A stretch of DNA of 64,000 nt from an uncultured Vicinamibacterales bacterium (lineage in GTDB: Bacteria > Acidobacteriota > Vicinamibacteria > Vicinamibacterales > UBA8438). Made by a program: the position numbers and the translations under genes. The notes under the pieces were generated by a model. That model did no database searches. It saw only the letters and a program-made list of their open reading frames with translations, and had not been told where the DNA came from. This document shows, piece after piece, positions 43,507 to 52,145 of the stretch. The stretch is from NCBI GenBank assembly GCA_958295905.1, contig OY282382.1:4582910-4646909 (forward strand), given 5' to 3'. How positions within the stretch are numbered: the first letter of the stretch is position 1; each line of letters starts with the position of its first letter.

Positions 43507-44709
43507 TCAACATTCGCTGGAAGCCACCGATCGTACGCGGCGCCACGGAATCAACCGGGCGCCGGTGCGCTGCTGGAGCTCCTCACCCCCATAGACCACC
43601 GCCGCGTCACATGCCGGGCGCAGGTCCTGCAGATGCGGGCGCACGCGTTTCAAACCGTCCATCAGACTCGCGGACGCCGTGGCGGAGGACTTGGCCTCGA
43701 CGAGCGTCAGGGCGTCCCGCTCGTCAATCACCAGGTCGAGCTCGGCGCCGTTGCGGTCCCGGTAGAACGACAAGCCCCCACTCTCGCCGTGGTGGGTGCG
43801 GTGCTTCAGCACCTCGGAGACCACCCAGGTCTCGAACAGGGCTCCGCGCAGCGGATGGGCGCGAAGTTGCCGCGGCTCCCGGATGCCCAACAGCCAACAC
43901 GCCAGGCCTGTGTCGTGAAAGTACAGCTTGGGCATCTTCACCAGCCGCTTGCGCTGCTTCATGCTGAACGCCGGCAGGTGGAACGCGATGAAGCTCGCCT
44001 CCAGAATGCTGAACCACGTCTTGGCGGTCGGCTGCGAGATGCCGCAGTCGTCGGCCAGGGAGGCGTAGTTGAGCAGTTGCGCGCTCCGGCCGGCGCACAG
44101 CTCCACGAAGCGCTGGAACGCCGTCAGATCGCCGACGCCGCCGATCCTGCGCACGTCCCGCTCGATGTAGGTGGCGACGTAGGAACGAAGCCAGTCCGCC
44201 GGATTGTGACCCCGATCGAAGATAACGGGATAGCCGCCGCTGAAGAGGGCCTCGTCGAGATCGACGGGACGCCGGGGGAAGCGGCTGATCTCGTCCCAGG
44301 ACAAGGGCAGAAGCCGATGCATCGCGGTTCTGCCCGCCAACGACTGGCTGATCGATTCCAGCCGCGTGAAGTTCTGCGACCCGCTCAGGATCCAACGCCC
44401 CGGGGCCCGGTCGGCGTCGATGATGCCCTGCAGGTACGACAGCAGATCCGGGGCGCGCTGCACCTCGTCGAGGATGGCGCCGTGCCGGAACTGCGCGAGG
44501 AACGCCTTCGGGTCCTCCGCCGCAAACGCCCGTTCGTCCGGCGCCTCCAGGGATCGATAGGGATGGTCCGGGAACACCGCCCGGCACAGCGTCGTCTTCC
44601 CGCTCTGCCGCGGACCCGTGAGCGTGATGGACGGGGCCCACGCAGCCGCGCGCTCCAGCACCGCCGCCAAATCTCGATGGATCACGGGCACATCCTCGCA
44701 CAGTGCCAC
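43507..44709 (-). CDS. AAA+ ATPase with DUF4143 domain (AAA_14/DUF4143 family)
   Basis: Motifs are Walker A (LTGPRQSGKTT), ILDEVQRAPDL, LSGSQNF, FQRFVELCAGRSAQLLNYASLADDCGISQPTAKTWFSILEASFI and KLYFHDTGL. Confidence 0.8.
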   Translation of the reverse strand: MALCEDVPVIHRDLAAVLERAAAWAPSITLTGPRQSGKTTLCRAVFPDHPYRSLEAPDERAFAAEDPKAFLAQFRHGAILDEVQRAPDLLSYLQGIIDADRAPGRWILSGSQNFTRLESISQSLAGRTAMHRLLPLSWDEISRFPRRPVDLDEALFSGGYPVIFDRGHNPADWLRSYVATYIERDVRRIGGVGDLTAFQRFVELCAGRSAQLLNYASLADDCGISQPTAKTWFSILEASFIAFHLPAFSMKQRKRLVKMPKLYFHDTGLACWLLGIREPRQLRAHPLRGALFETWVVSEVLKHRTHHGESGGLSFYRDRNGAELDLVIDERDALTLVEAKSSATASASLMDGLKRVRPHLQDLRPACDAAVVYGGEELQQRTGARLIPWRRVRSVASSEC

Positions 44710-44750
44710 GCCAATCCCAAGTCCAATTTTGAGTTAGCCTACCCCCCCGA

Positions 44751-44845
44751 CATCGTTCGACTTCAAGTCCGTCTGTCCGAAATTTATGACATGACGGGCC
44801 ACTAGGAGTCTGGCCGCAGGAAATTATGACCACCATTGGGTGCCG
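44751..44845 (+). repeat. IS630-family end (d) abutting an IS1182 5'-end remnant at a shared CTAG
   Basis: CATCGTTCGACTTCAAGTCCGTCTGTCCGAAATTTATGACATGACGGGCCA is followed by CTAG, then GAGTCTGGCCGCAGGAAATTATGACCACCATTGGG. The last part resembles the transposase-proximal end of the IS1182 copy (GCAGAAAATCGATGCGACAATTG). Confidence 0.5.
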
Positions 44846-45025
44846 TCGCTGGAGGCGCTGCAACGGGCGCCGGGGGGCGGCTCCACCGCGGGCCGGTCCT
44901 TCGGCACGTCGACGTCGATACCCTTCAGATTGCGAGTCCGGGCGCCGAGAATCTCGATGTGGGGTCACCTGCTTGGGTCCCCGCTGGAATAAGATCGTCG
45001 ATCTCGTTGGAAGAGGAGCACACCT

Positions 45026-45679
45026 GTGACGCCAATCCGCCCAGTTGCCTTCACCCTTCGGATGACCGCCGCGGTCGGCGCCGCCGTCGCGGCGCTGACC
45101 GTCGCGCAAGACGACGCCCTCGCGCAGGCGCGGCGCATCCTCAGTCCGCCCGGCCATTCGGCCGTCCAGGTCGGCGGCACCTTCGACCCCGTGCAGTACG
45201 GCTACCTCGGCGGCCGGTGGATCGATGTGCGCTACGGCCGACCCCTCAAGCGCGGGCGGGACCTGTTCGGGCCGCCGGATTGGGCGGAGATGCTCAACGA
45301 CGGCGCCCCGGTCTGGCGCGCCGGCGCCAACCAGTCGACGCGCCTCGTCACCGAGGCGCCGCTGATCATCGGCGGCACGCGGGTCGAACCGGGTGAATAC
45401 ACGCTGTTCATCGAGCTGGCCGACGACGTCTGGACCTTCATCCTCTCGAGCTGGCCGGCGCAGACCACCTACGACTACGAGAACCGGGACGCGCTCTTCG
45501 GCGCCTTCGACTACACCGCCGACCGCGACGTCCTGCGGACGCCGATGGCCCTGGAGACCCTGCCCGCCGCCTTCGACCAGCTCTCGTGGCAGTTCCTGGA
45601 CATGACCGCACGCGGCGGGCGGCTCGCGCTGATCTGGGGCACGAAGATGGCGTCGGTGCGGTTCACCGCCGCCGAGTAG
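45026..45679 (+). CDS. DUF2911-family secreted protein
   Basis: It has a signal-like N-terminus, then WRAGANQSTRLVTEAPLIIGGTRVEPGEYTLFIE...WTFILS, which is typical of DUF2911. The start is either GTG 45026 or ATG 45062. Confidence 0.7.
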   Translation: MTPIRPVAFTLRMTAAVGAAVAALTVAQDDALAQARRILSPPGHSAVQVGGTFDPVQYGYLGGRWIDVRYGRPLKRGRDLFGPPDWAEMLNDGAPVWRAGANQSTRLVTEAPLIIGGTRVEPGEYTLFIELADDVWTFILSSWPAQTTYDYENRDALFGAFDYTADRDVLRTPMALETLPAAFDQLSWQFLDMTARGGRLALIWGTKMASVRFTAAE

Positions 45680-45809
45680 CGCCCCGCCGCCGGAGAAATC
45701 CGGTATCCGCGGCGCGGCGCTCGACCCGGCGCGGCGCCCGGAGCCGGGAGCAGGACGAGGAGCAGCCGCCCCGGCCGCGGCCAGGGGCGGCACGAGGATC
45801 GTCTTCGGG

Positions 45810-45989
45810 TCAGCCCATCCAGAACCCCTTGCGCTGCGAGATCCCCAGCACCTTCCGGCACGCGGCGCAGAAGTAGATGTAACGCTTGCCGAGCAGGCCG
45901 GAGAGCACGCGGTACTGGACGGTGCGGATCGGCTTGTCGCAGTGCGGGCAGACCGGTGTGACGTCGTTGCGTTCTTCGGTTTCGATCAT
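45810..45989 (-). CDS. 59-aa zinc-ribbon protein (below the ORF-track size cut-off)
   Basis: My translation is MIETEERNDVTPVCPHCDKPIRTVQYRVLSGLLGKRYIYFCAACRKVLGISQRKGFWMG*, with two CxxC pairs. A dead copy of its 5' end and upstream region lies at 47103-47368. Confidence 0.5.
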   Translation of the reverse strand: MIETEERNDVTPVCPHCDKPIRTVQYRVLSGLLGKRYIYFCAACRKVLGISQRKGFWMG

Positions 45990-46198
45990 GTGATTCTCCG
46001 ACAGTAGTTACGGCCGGCCGCGGGATCTATTCGGACCGGACCCGATGCCGCAGCCGGGCCGCGAGCGATCGAAGGAACGTCCGAAATCCGGCCGGCGCAC
46101 GCACCCCCGGCCCTGGGCACGGGCGGACACCCTGCCGCACCGGCTGCTCCGCAGACTCGGTCGGCATGGCCTTCGGGCCGGGGCCGGCGCCGGCCGAG
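45949..46198. repeat. ~250-bp direct repeat, copy 1
   Basis: CAGACCGGTGTGACGTCGTTGCGTTC.TCGGTTTCGATC.TGTGATT.CTCCGACAGTAGTTACGGCCGGCCGCGGGATCTATTCGGACC... is repeated at 47103-47368. It includes the first 14 codons and the upstream region of the zinc-ribbon gene. Confidence 0.85.
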
Positions 46199-46215
46199 CC
46201 GTATCGGTCGCTAAC

Positions 46216-46391
46216 CAGGGGCATCCCACGCTGACTGCGCGTGACGGCCCGCCCCCGATTCGAGGGGTCGCCACCGTCTTGCCGACCGGCCGGCGCCGCG
46301 TGAGACCCACGATTCCGCACGTCCGGAGCCCCGACAGGACCCGCCGCGATTCCGCCTGCGCACGGCGGCGGCGGAGCGTGGGATGGTCCTG
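46216..46391 (+). mobile_element. family-1 MITE copy E1
   Basis: A 176-bp element: CAGGGGCATCCCACGCTGACTGCG...GGAGCGTGGGATGGTCCTG. It is flanked by GGTCGCTAAC (left) and GTCGCTGAC (right). Confidence 0.8.
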
Positions 46392-46399
46392 GTCGCTGA

Positions 46400-46575
46400 C
46401 AGGGGCATCCCACGCTGACTGCGCGTGACGGCCCGCCCCCGATTCGAGGGGTCGCCACCGTCTTGCCGACCGGCCGGCGCCGCGTGAGACCCACGATTCC
46501 GCACGTCCGGAGCCCCGACAGGACCCGCCGCGATTCCGCCTGCGCACGGCGGTGGCGGAGCGTGGGATGGCCCTG
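46400..46575 (+). mobile_element. family-1 MITE copy E2 (tandem with E1)
   Basis: A 176-bp element preceded by GTCGCTGA and followed by GGTCGCTGAC, so the same target sequence brackets both tandem copies. Confidence 0.8.
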
Positions 46576-46624
46576 GGTCGCTGACGGTGGTGGTCCGTGA
46601 TGGTAAAATCGTCGAGGGTGAAGC

Positions 46625-46801
46625 GTGAGTCAGGAGGTGATCGCGACGGTACTCACCGGCGCTGGAGTCCTGATCGGGGTCTGGCGCATGGTCGAGGGCG
46701 TGCGGCGGGATCTCGCCAGCCGGATCGAGACCGTGGACCGGCGCGTTGACGCGGTGAATACGCGGATCGACAACATCCTGTTGGCGGACCGGAATGCGTG
46801 A
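46625..46801 (+). CDS. 58-aa protein with an N-terminal TM helix and coiled tail (hypothetical)
   Basis: GAGGG lies 6 nt upstream of GTG 46625. The protein is VSQEVIATVLTGAGVLIGVWRMVEGVRRDLASRIETVDRRVDAVNTRIDNILLADRNA*. Confidence 0.35.
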   Translation: MSQEVIATVLTGAGVLIGVWRMVEGVRRDLASRIETVDRRVDAVNTRIDNILLADRNA

Positions 46802-47102
46802 CCGATGGGGAGGATCGATGAAGCGGTTCAGGGTATTCGCCGCTCCTCCGCCCTCACCTCCTCCGCGAGGCGCGGCTTGCAGCGTGCTTCGCGCCGCAGG
46901 ATGCGCTCCCGTTCCTTCGCGTCGCCCCGCCCCCGGCTCCTCGGGCGGGCTGAAGTCCCACTCGTAGCCCTGGAGCGCGGGTCCTGGACGCGGGCATCCC
47001 GCAAGAGCCCGTCAATCACCGCCTGCCGAGCGGCTATCTCGGTCAGCCGCGCCGTCATGATCGCGGGGCCGTCGGACACCTTGTCAATGAGCATGCCCGC
47101 GA

Positions 47103-47368
47103 CAGACCGGTGTGACGTCGTTGCGTTCCTCGGTTTCGATCCTGTGATTTCTCCGACAGTAGTTACGGCCGGCCGCGGGATCTATTCGGACCGGACCCGA
47201 TGCCGCGGCCGGGGCGCGAGCGATCCGAGCGATCGAAGGAACGTCCGACTCCGGCCGGCGCACGCACCCTGACCCGGGCACGGGCGGACACCTTGCCGCA
47301 CCGGTTGCTCCGCAGGCTCGGTCCGCATGGCCTTCGGGCCGGGGCCGGCGCAGGCCGGCGCAGGCCGA
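47103..47368. repeat. ~250-bp direct repeat, copy 2
   Basis: See 45949-46198. In this copy the zinc-ribbon start codon is destroyed (GATCCTGTG versus GATCATGTG). It lies immediately upstream of the PQQ dehydrogenase gene. Confidence 0.85.
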
Positions 47369-47429
47369 GAAAACCTCCTGCGCTATGATCGCAGACCCCC
47401 CGCGACGCGTGCTTTCGTCAGGAGGACCG

Positions 47430-49352
47430 ATGTCCAACGCCGCGATACGTCGTCTGGCCGGGTTGCTGTTCGTGATCGGCGCGGTGCCGGCGCCGCCGCA
47501 GGCCCTCGCCCAGACCGGCGCCGACCCGGCAGAGTGGCGCTTCTACGGGGGCGATCCCGGCCACACGAAGTACACCCCGCTCGACCAGATCACGGCGGAC
47601 AACGTCGACCGGCTCCGCATCGCGTGGACCTGGACGTCGGTGGACGAGAAGCTGCGCGCGGAGAACCCGGTCATCGGGGAAGGGCGCCGATTCCGCACCT
47701 ACGCCTACGAGGTCACTCCCCTGGTGGTCGACGGCGTGCTCTACGCCACCACCAACCTCGGGCAGGTCGCGGCGATAGACCCGGCGAGCGGCAAGACGAT
47801 CTGGAGCTACGACCCCGGCCTCTACCTCGACGGCCGCCCCGCCGTGCACGGCTTCCTGTCGCGGGGGCTCGCGTACTGGTCGGACGGCGAAGAAGCCCGG
47901 CTGCTCTACGCGGGCGGGCGGACCTGGCTGGTCTCGGTCGACGCGAAGACCGGCCGGCCCGACCCCGACTTCGGCCGGAACGGCCGGGTCGACCTGACGC
48001 GGGGGCTCGGCCGCACCATCGACACAAGCCAGTACGCGGTCAGCTCGGCACCGCTCGTGGCCGGCGGCACGGTGGTCGTCGGCTCGGCGATCACCGAGGG
48101 CACCGGCCGGAAGGAGGCGCCGCCGGGGCACGTCCGCGGCTACGACGTGCGGACCGGCGAGATGAAGTGGATCTTCCACACGATCCCCCAGCCCGGCGAG
48201 TTCGGCCACGAGACCTGGGGCAACGACTCGTGGCGGTGGGCGGGCGGGGCCAACGTCTGGTCTAACATGAGCGCCGACCCCGAGCTCGGCTACGTGTACC
48301 TGCCGATCGGATCGCCGGTGACCGACTACTACGGAGGTCACCGCCCCGGCGACAACCTGTTCGCGAACTCTCTGGTCTGCCTCGACGCCGAGACCGGCGA
48401 GCGGGTGTGGCACTTCCAGTTCGTGCACCACACGGTGTGGGACTACGACCTGCCGGCGGCCCCGAACCTGATCGACATCACCGTCGACGGGCGGGAGATC
48501 GAGGCGGTCGCCCAGATCACGAAGCAGGGGTTCACGTTCGTGTTCGACCGGGCGACCGGCGAGCCGGTCTGGCCCATCGAGGAGCGGCCGGCGCCGCCTT
48601 CGACGGTGCCCGGCGAACGCACCTCCCCCACCCAGCCGTACCCGACGAAGCCGCCGGTCTACCTGACGAACGGGGCGCTCGAAGAGGACTTGATCGACTT
48701 CACCGACGAACTGCGGGCCGAGGCGCTGGAGATCTACGGGAGACACACCGCCGGCCCCCTCTACACCCCGCCGGCGCTGGGCGGCAACATCGTGCGGCCC
48801 GGCTGGAGCGGCGGCGCCAACTGGTGGGGCGCCGCCTTCGACCCCGAGACGGGGCGGCTCTACGTGCCGAGCTGGGCCCACTTCTCGTTCGTGGTGCTCG
48901 AGCCGGGCGACCCCGCGCGATCCGACCTGACGATCCGGCCGCGCGTGAGCAACCTGCCGGGTCCGCGGGGGCTCCCCCTGTTCAAGCCGCCGTACTCGCA
49001 ACTAGCGGCCCTGGACATGAACGCGGGCGAGAAACTGTGGAGCGTGCCCCTCGGCGACGGCCCCCGCGACCACGAGGCGCTGCGCGGCATGGACCTGCCG
49101 CCCCTCGGCAACTACGAGAAGAGCGGCGGCCCCCTGCTGACGAAGACCCTGCTCTTCATCGGCCAGGGCATCGAATCGAACCGCCTGCGCGCTTTCGACA
49201 AGGACACCGGCTACGAGCGGTTCGAGATGGAGCTGCCGGCGCGGTCGTCGTCGGCCCCCATCAGCTACCTGGCCGGCGGCCGGCAGCACATCGTCCTCGC
49301 CGTCGGCGGCGGGGACGCCCGCGAGCAGCTCGTCGCGCTGGCCCTGCCGTAG
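47430..49352 (+). CDS. PQQ-dependent dehydrogenase (quinoprotein beta-propeller)
   Basis: AGGAGG lies 6 nt upstream of the ATG, followed by a signal peptide. Motifs are EWRFYGGDPGHTKYTPLDQI, TPLVVDGVLYATT, AIDPASGKTIWSY, NVWSNMSADPELGYVYLP and HHTVWDYD. Confidence 0.85.
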   Translation: MSNAAIRRLAGLLFVIGAVPAPPQALAQTGADPAEWRFYGGDPGHTKYTPLDQITADNVDRLRIAWTWTSVDEKLRAENPVIGEGRRFRTYAYEVTPLVVDGVLYATTNLGQVAAIDPASGKTIWSYDPGLYLDGRPAVHGFLSRGLAYWSDGEEARLLYAGGRTWLVSVDAKTGRPDPDFGRNGRVDLTRGLGRTIDTSQYAVSSAPLVAGGTVVVGSAITEGTGRKEAPPGHVRGYDVRTGEMKWIFHTIPQPGEFGHETWGNDSWRWAGGANVWSNMSADPELGYVYLPIGSPVTDYYGGHRPGDNLFANSLVCLDAETGERVWHFQFVHHTVWDYDLPAAPNLIDITVDGREIEAVAQITKQGFTFVFDRATGEPVWPIEERPAPPSTVPGERTSPTQPYPTKPPVYLTNGALEEDLIDFTDELRAEALEIYGRHTAGPLYTPPALGGNIVRPGWSGGANWWGAAFDPETGRLYVPSWAHFSFVVLEPGDPARSDLTIRPRVSNLPGPRGLPLFKPPYSQLAALDMNAGEKLWSVPLGDGPRDHEALRGMDLPPLGNYEKSGGPLLTKTLLFIGQGIESNRLRAFDKDTGYERFEMELPARSSSAPISYLAGGRQHIVLAVGGGDAREQLVALALP

Positions 49353-49594
49353 CAGCCGGTGGCGAACACCGAGAGCGGCGGGGGCGCCGGCGGGCTGAAC
49401 CCGCCCTGACAAGGCGTGAGGGCGCCTGTTGGGCATAGGCAACCCGACGGACCAACGCCGGCAGGCGGGATGCATCGCCGCTCGAATGCAGCGGGGGAAC
49501 TCCGCCGCGGGCTGATCGGCTGGCCGGCTCTCCGGGGCCGAACGTCCGCGTCGAGTCGGTCCGGGAAACCGCTCGTGCGAGGGGAGAATGCGCC

Positions 49595-50005
49595 ATGAGG
49601 ACCGTCATCGCCGCCGTCGCGCTGGCCTGCGCCGCGGCGACTGCGCAGGGAGAAGCGGCGCGGCAGGACGAGCGCCCGTGGGTCTTTCAGCGCGTCTGCA
49701 ACATCGTACCCGGCCAGGAGGCGGCGGCCGCGGCGCTCGCGCGCGAAATGGTCGCCCTGGTCGAGCGGAAGTACCCCGGCGCCGAGATGTCGGCGAGGAC
49801 CGGCCGCTGGATGACCGGTTTTCAGAACATCGAGCGGCCGGTCGACCAGATCCTCTTCAGCGAGCGGCACCCCGATGCGGACATGCGCCGGATCTTCAAC
49901 GAGATCCTCATGGGCGACGACGAGTTCCGCGCCCTGCAACAGAAGACCGCAGGGGTCGTCGACTTCGGCCGATGCACCGAGAACCGGTTCCGCGCACGTC
50001 CGTGA
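49595..50005 (+). CDS. small secreted hypothetical protein
   Basis: It has a signal peptide (MRTVIAAVALACAAATAQG) and a coding-like body (WVFQRVCNIVPGQ...ILFSERHPDADMRRIFNEILMGDDEFRALQ). Confidence 0.55.
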   Translation: MRTVIAAVALACAAATAQGEAARQDERPWVFQRVCNIVPGQEAAAAALAREMVALVERKYPGAEMSARTGRWMTGFQNIERPVDQILFSERHPDADMRRIFNEILMGDDEFRALQQKTAGVVDFGRCTENRFRARP

Positions 50006-50366
50006 CCCCCTTCGAGGGCCGTCACCAGGACGTTCCACATGCGATGCGCCGGGACCCGGTTCGGCGCACGTCCGTGACCGGGCCGACCGGACCGTACTTG
50101 ATTCCGGCGCCGGCTGCATCCCCGCGCCGCCGCGGACCTGCCGACGCACCGAAACCCCGGTAAACCTGAGCGACCTTGGGGTCCTTGAGTGACCGGACCG
50201 GGCCGACCGGACCGCACTTGATTCCGGCGCCGGCTGCATCCTCGCGCCGCCGCGGACCTGCCGACGCACCGTGACCCGGTTCGGTGCACATCCGTGACCG
50301 GACCGGACCGCACTTGATTCCGGCCGCCGGCAGCGTCCTGGCGCCGCCGCGTCGGACCCGGCGACC
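49985..50366. repeat. ~115-120-bp tandem repeat array (about 3 units)
   Basis: GTGACCGG(.)CCGACCGGACCG.ACTTGATTCCGGCGCCGGCTGCATCC.CGCGCCGCCGCGGACCTGCCGACGCACC occurs at about 50074, 50189 and 50294. The linker motif CCGGTTCGG.GCAC.TCCGTGACC also recurs. Confidence 0.8.
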
Positions 50367-50738
50367 AGCCGGCGGAGCGGGCGCATGCCCTCGACGGCGT
50401 CCCGGCGCGGCTCAACCGTGCCGATCGGTCCGGACGGCGGGCGGAAACGCGGCCGCGTCTGGCGGCGCCGGCCACGCCGGTGCTACCATGTATGCGCCCG
50501 GGACGCGAACGTTGCGGGTGCTCCTGTCGGCGTTTCTCACACCGTCGGCGCAACCGCCGGTGGCCGCGGCGCGGGAGCCGAGCGATGTCCCGCCGCCAGG
50601 ACCGCGGGTAGGCGGGAAGATTCCAAACTTCGCCGCGCGTACTCCCCAGACGTGTCGCGATCACGCATGGCGGGTTCCGATCCGGTGCGCCCCCGCCGGG
50701 ACGCACCGGCGCCCCGGGAGAGCGGCCCGCGCCAGAGG

Positions 50739-51674
50739 ATGTCCCGCACGATGACCACCCGCGCCGCACTGCCCCGCCGTTGGTTCCTGCTGCCGTTGCT
50801 GATCGGCCTCGCGGCCGGCCCCGCCCTCGCGCAGCCCTACCTGAGCAGCGGCCTGGGAGCGCACGTGGCCGCACCGCTGGAGGTGGCCGGGCAGAGCAAC
50901 GACAAGGCCAGCTACTGCGACGAGTACTTCAACCCGCATTACGCGCTCATCGAGCCGTGCCTGCGGCCCGGCGGCGGAATGTGGCGGCTGGATTTCGGCG
51001 GCGCGGCCGGGGTCCACGCCGAGACGGCTGTCGGCTATCGGATCGGCCGCCGATTTCGCGTCGAAGGCGAGTACGTCTTCCGATCCTCGGGGTACGATCA
51101 GTTCGCCCCCGCCATGTCCGCCGACCGAACCATCTTCGGCAAGCTCGACGGCGAGATCGTGCGGGCTGAAGAGTACGTCGGCGACCTGAACGCCCACGGC
51201 GCCTTCGTGAACGCCTACGTCGACTTCCCCAACGCCAGCCGGTTCACGCCGTACGCCGGGGCCGGGGCCGGGGTCGGCTTCCACGAGATGGACTACGGCG
51301 CCGTCTGGGCCCGCAACCTCGACCCCGCCCAGATCACGTCGGGCCGCGAACTGAACATTCCCGACTACGAACGGTTCCGGAGCACCCTCGCCGGCACCGT
51401 AACCACGCACCACGATCAGTTCACCGCCGCGCTCGCCGGCTGGCAGGTCCTCGCCGGCGGCGACGTCGCGCTCTCGGACGCGGTGTCGCTCGGCGTCAAG
51501 GCGCGATGGGTCCGTTTCCGCCGGCTGGCGATCGAGGAACCGCGCGGCTGGGATCAGCTTCGGAGCCACGCTTCCAATATCCGGCTCGACGGCAGCGAGC
51601 CGGCGACGTTCCGCCTCGAGACCGACGACGTCGGATGGATCGGCGTCAACCTGGTGCTGAAGTACACCTTCTGA
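50739..51674 (+). CDS. outer-membrane beta-barrel protein
   Basis: It has a signal peptide (RRWFLLPLLIGLAAGPALAQ), alternating beta-strand pattern and a C-terminal ...NLVLKYTF. It is a paralogue of 52146-53042. Confidence 0.75.
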   Translation: MSRTMTTRAALPRRWFLLPLLIGLAAGPALAQPYLSSGLGAHVAAPLEVAGQSNDKASYCDEYFNPHYALIEPCLRPGGGMWRLDFGGAAGVHAETAVGYRIGRRFRVEGEYVFRSSGYDQFAPAMSADRTIFGKLDGEIVRAEEYVGDLNAHGAFVNAYVDFPNASRFTPYAGAGAGVGFHEMDYGAVWARNLDPAQITSGRELNIPDYERFRSTLAGTVTTHHDQFTAALAGWQVLAGGDVALSDAVSLGVKARWVRFRRLAIEEPRGWDQLRSHASNIRLDGSEPATFRLETDDVGWIGVNLVLKYTF

Positions 51675-51789
51675 GCCGGTCGGGCGCGAGTTCGGGTTCT
51701 CCTTGAACCGGCGTGGGTCGCCTCAGGCCCCGATCGGCGGTTCGACGAGGGTGTCCGCCCCGGGCCTCGCCGGGGTGCGGGCGGGCGCC

Positions 51790-52135
51790 CTCGCGGGCGA
51801 CGCGGGGTTCCGCCACACCTTGGTTGGCGAGCGGATCGAGGTAGCGCTTGTCGACGCGGGCACCCTTGCGGCGCAACGCGGGGTTCCACGACGGACGGTC
51901 CCGGCTCGAAAGCGTCCCCCCTGTCCAGACCGGTACTTTCAAGCGAGGTCCCCGCCGGGTGCGGGCGCGCCCTTGTCACTCGCGGCAACGCGGGGTTCCG
52001 CCACGAGCTGTCCCGGCTCGTAGAGTCGTCAGCCTGTCAGAAACTTGGTGCTCATGCCGAGGTCCCCGCCGGGTATGGGCGGGCGCTCCCGGCGCGACGC
52101 GGGGTTCCACGACGGACGGTCCCGGCTCGAAAGCC
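51790..52135. repeat. REP-like repeat cluster between the convergent OMP genes
   Basis: GC(G/A)ACGCGGGGTTCC(G/A)C(C/G)AC occurs 4 times. Longer ~90-bp units (GAGGTCCCCGCCGGGT..GGGCG.GC...GCGGGGTTCC.C.ACG..C.GTCCCGGCTCG.A.AG) are repeated. Confidence 0.7.
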
Positions 52136-52145
52136 GTCCAGCTGT

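Noticed and set aside
46216-46391. The family-1 175-bp repeat considered as a tRNA, other structured ncRNA gene or protein-coding module.
   Set aside because: It has no cloverleaf or T-loop. It occurs in both orientations and in tandem, has terminal inverted repeats and flanking target duplications, and the ORFs through it are frame-inconsistent between copies. A mobile-element origin explains it better. I cannot formally exclude an RNA function without covariance analysis.
46828-47094. The 88-aa minus-strand ORF between the MITE pair and the second 250-bp repeat.
   Set aside because: The C-terminal half is Arg/Ser/Gly low-complexity sequence. There is no RBS or recognisable motif, and the start lies at the repeat boundary. 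Evidence for a gene is insufficient.
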